Positions 59,860 through 60,805 of a DNA stretch of 60,805 nucleotides are shown piece after piece (the first letter of the stretch is position 1; each line of letters opens with the position of its first letter). This DNA comes from Erythrobacteraceae bacterium. GTDB taxonomy: Bacteria > Pseudomonadota > Alphaproteobacteria > Sphingomonadales > Sphingomonadaceae. The notes under the pieces were generated by a model. It was not told the origin of the DNA, did not search any database, and saw only the letters and a list, made by a program, of their open reading frames with translations. The position numbers were made by a program, and so were the translations under genes. The stretch covers positions 26,276 through 87,080 of the forward strand of contig JAYPMZ010000001.1 in the NCBI GenBank assembly GCA_038130205.1, read 5' to 3'.

Positions 59860-60805
59860 ACGTCGAGGTTGGCGACGTTCAATGCGTTATCCTGAATGAA
59901 CTCGCGGCGCGGTTCGACCACGTCGCCCATCAGGCGGGTGAAGATTTCGTCGGTAACATCGGCGTCCTCGACCTTCACCTGCAACAGCACACGATTTTCC
60001 GGATCGAGCGTGGTCTCCCACAGCTGTTCGGGGTTCATTTCGCCCAGACCCTTGTAGCGAGCGATCGAGAGGCCTTTGCGGCCTGCGGCAAGCACCGCTT
60101 CGAGCAACTGGCTTGGGCGGGTGATTGCATCTTCGGCGGCAACGGTAACTTCCTGACCGTCATCGTCTTCGCCCTGCGCGGTTTCGGCGTCGTCTTCGCT
60201 AGCATCGCCCGCCTTCACCAGTCGCGCCGTGGCTTCATAAGCGTCGGCCATCGGGGCGGCGAGGCCGTGCAGTTTGATCGCTTCGGTGCTGGTCAGGAAG
60301 CGGCCGTCGATCTCGTGCACGTCGGTGACGCCGCGCCACAGGCGCGAGACCTGCACCGTGCCGCTTTCGAGCACTCGCACGCTCCATTTGGCGTCGGCAT
60401 CGCTGGCTTCGAGACGCGCAGCGGCGGCTTCGAGCGCAGCGAGACGGTCGGCGTCGGACAGCTCGGGGTTGAGCGCGCCCGAAAGCGCCATTTGCTCGAT
60501 CACGGCGCGGTCATAGCGGCGCGGAACGAAGGCGATGAGGTTCTTCAACCGCAGCGCGCTTTCGACCAGAGCACGCAGGTCTTCGCCCGAACGCGCCCCA
60601 CCCGAAGTTTCGAGCACGCGGCCCTGCAATCCGGCATCGACCAGATAGCGGTCGAGCGCGGCCTGATCCTTGACGTAAAACTCGCTCTTGCCCTTGGCGA
60701 CCTTGAACAGCGGCGGCTGGGCGATGAAGAGGTGTCCGGCCTTCACGATTTCAGGCATCTGGCGGTGGACGAAGCTGAGCAGGAGCGTGCGGATATGCGC
60801 GCCGT
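59856..60805 (-). CDS. gyrB: DNA gyrase subunit B, C-terminal part (truncated by window edge)
   Basis: [48 protein letters not shown] terminus. Confidence 0.96.
   Translation of the reverse strand, partial: GAHIRTLLLSFVHRQMPEIVKAGHLFIAQPPLFKVAKGKSEFYVKDQAALDRYLVDAGLQGRVLETSGGARSGEDLRALVESALRLKNLIAFVPRRYDRAVIEQMALSGALNPELSDADRLAALEAAAARLEASDADAKWSVRVLESGTVQVSRLWRGVTDVHEIDGRFLTSTEAIKLHGLAAPMADAYEATARLVKAGDASEDDAETAQGEDDDGQEVTVAAEDAITRPSQLLEAVLAAGRKGLSIARYKGLGEMNPEQLWETTLDPENRVLLQVKVEDADVTDEIFTRLMGDVVEPRREFIQDNALNVANLDV

Overview
High-GC alphaproteobacterial chromosome segment. Gene content and style suggest Sphingomonadales/Erythrobacteraceae (inference). It is densely coding, with about 60 CDS from a partial M13 peptidase to the 3' part of gyrB. 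Most are housekeeping or metabolic genes (uppP, phhA, ppk2, ribA, xth, phoA, lolA, rpmG, arfB, pabB-C, pepP, ptrB, ftsK, yggS, glnD, lgt, ivd, mccB). I saw no rRNA, tRNA, CRISPR array, IS element or prophage. Best leads: (1) an acyl-CoA dehydrogenase / Mct-like CoA-transferase / thiolase / Meh-like hydratase operon, a C5-dicarboxylyl-CoA module with no lyase; (2) a MidA/NDUFAF7 methyltransferase fused to a ~310-aa Gly/Pro-free A/E/K/R helical rod; (3) three minus-strand structured RNA elements with C-rich anti-SD-like loops, two flanking an EF-hand gene upstream of a two-component system and one sRNA-like unit between lolA and phoA; (4) a LexA box ahead of a VOC-cupin pair; (5) a 26-bp palindromic operator ahead of an SPFH + ribbon-helix-helix pair. 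All homology calls come from motif recognition and recall, not from database searches.
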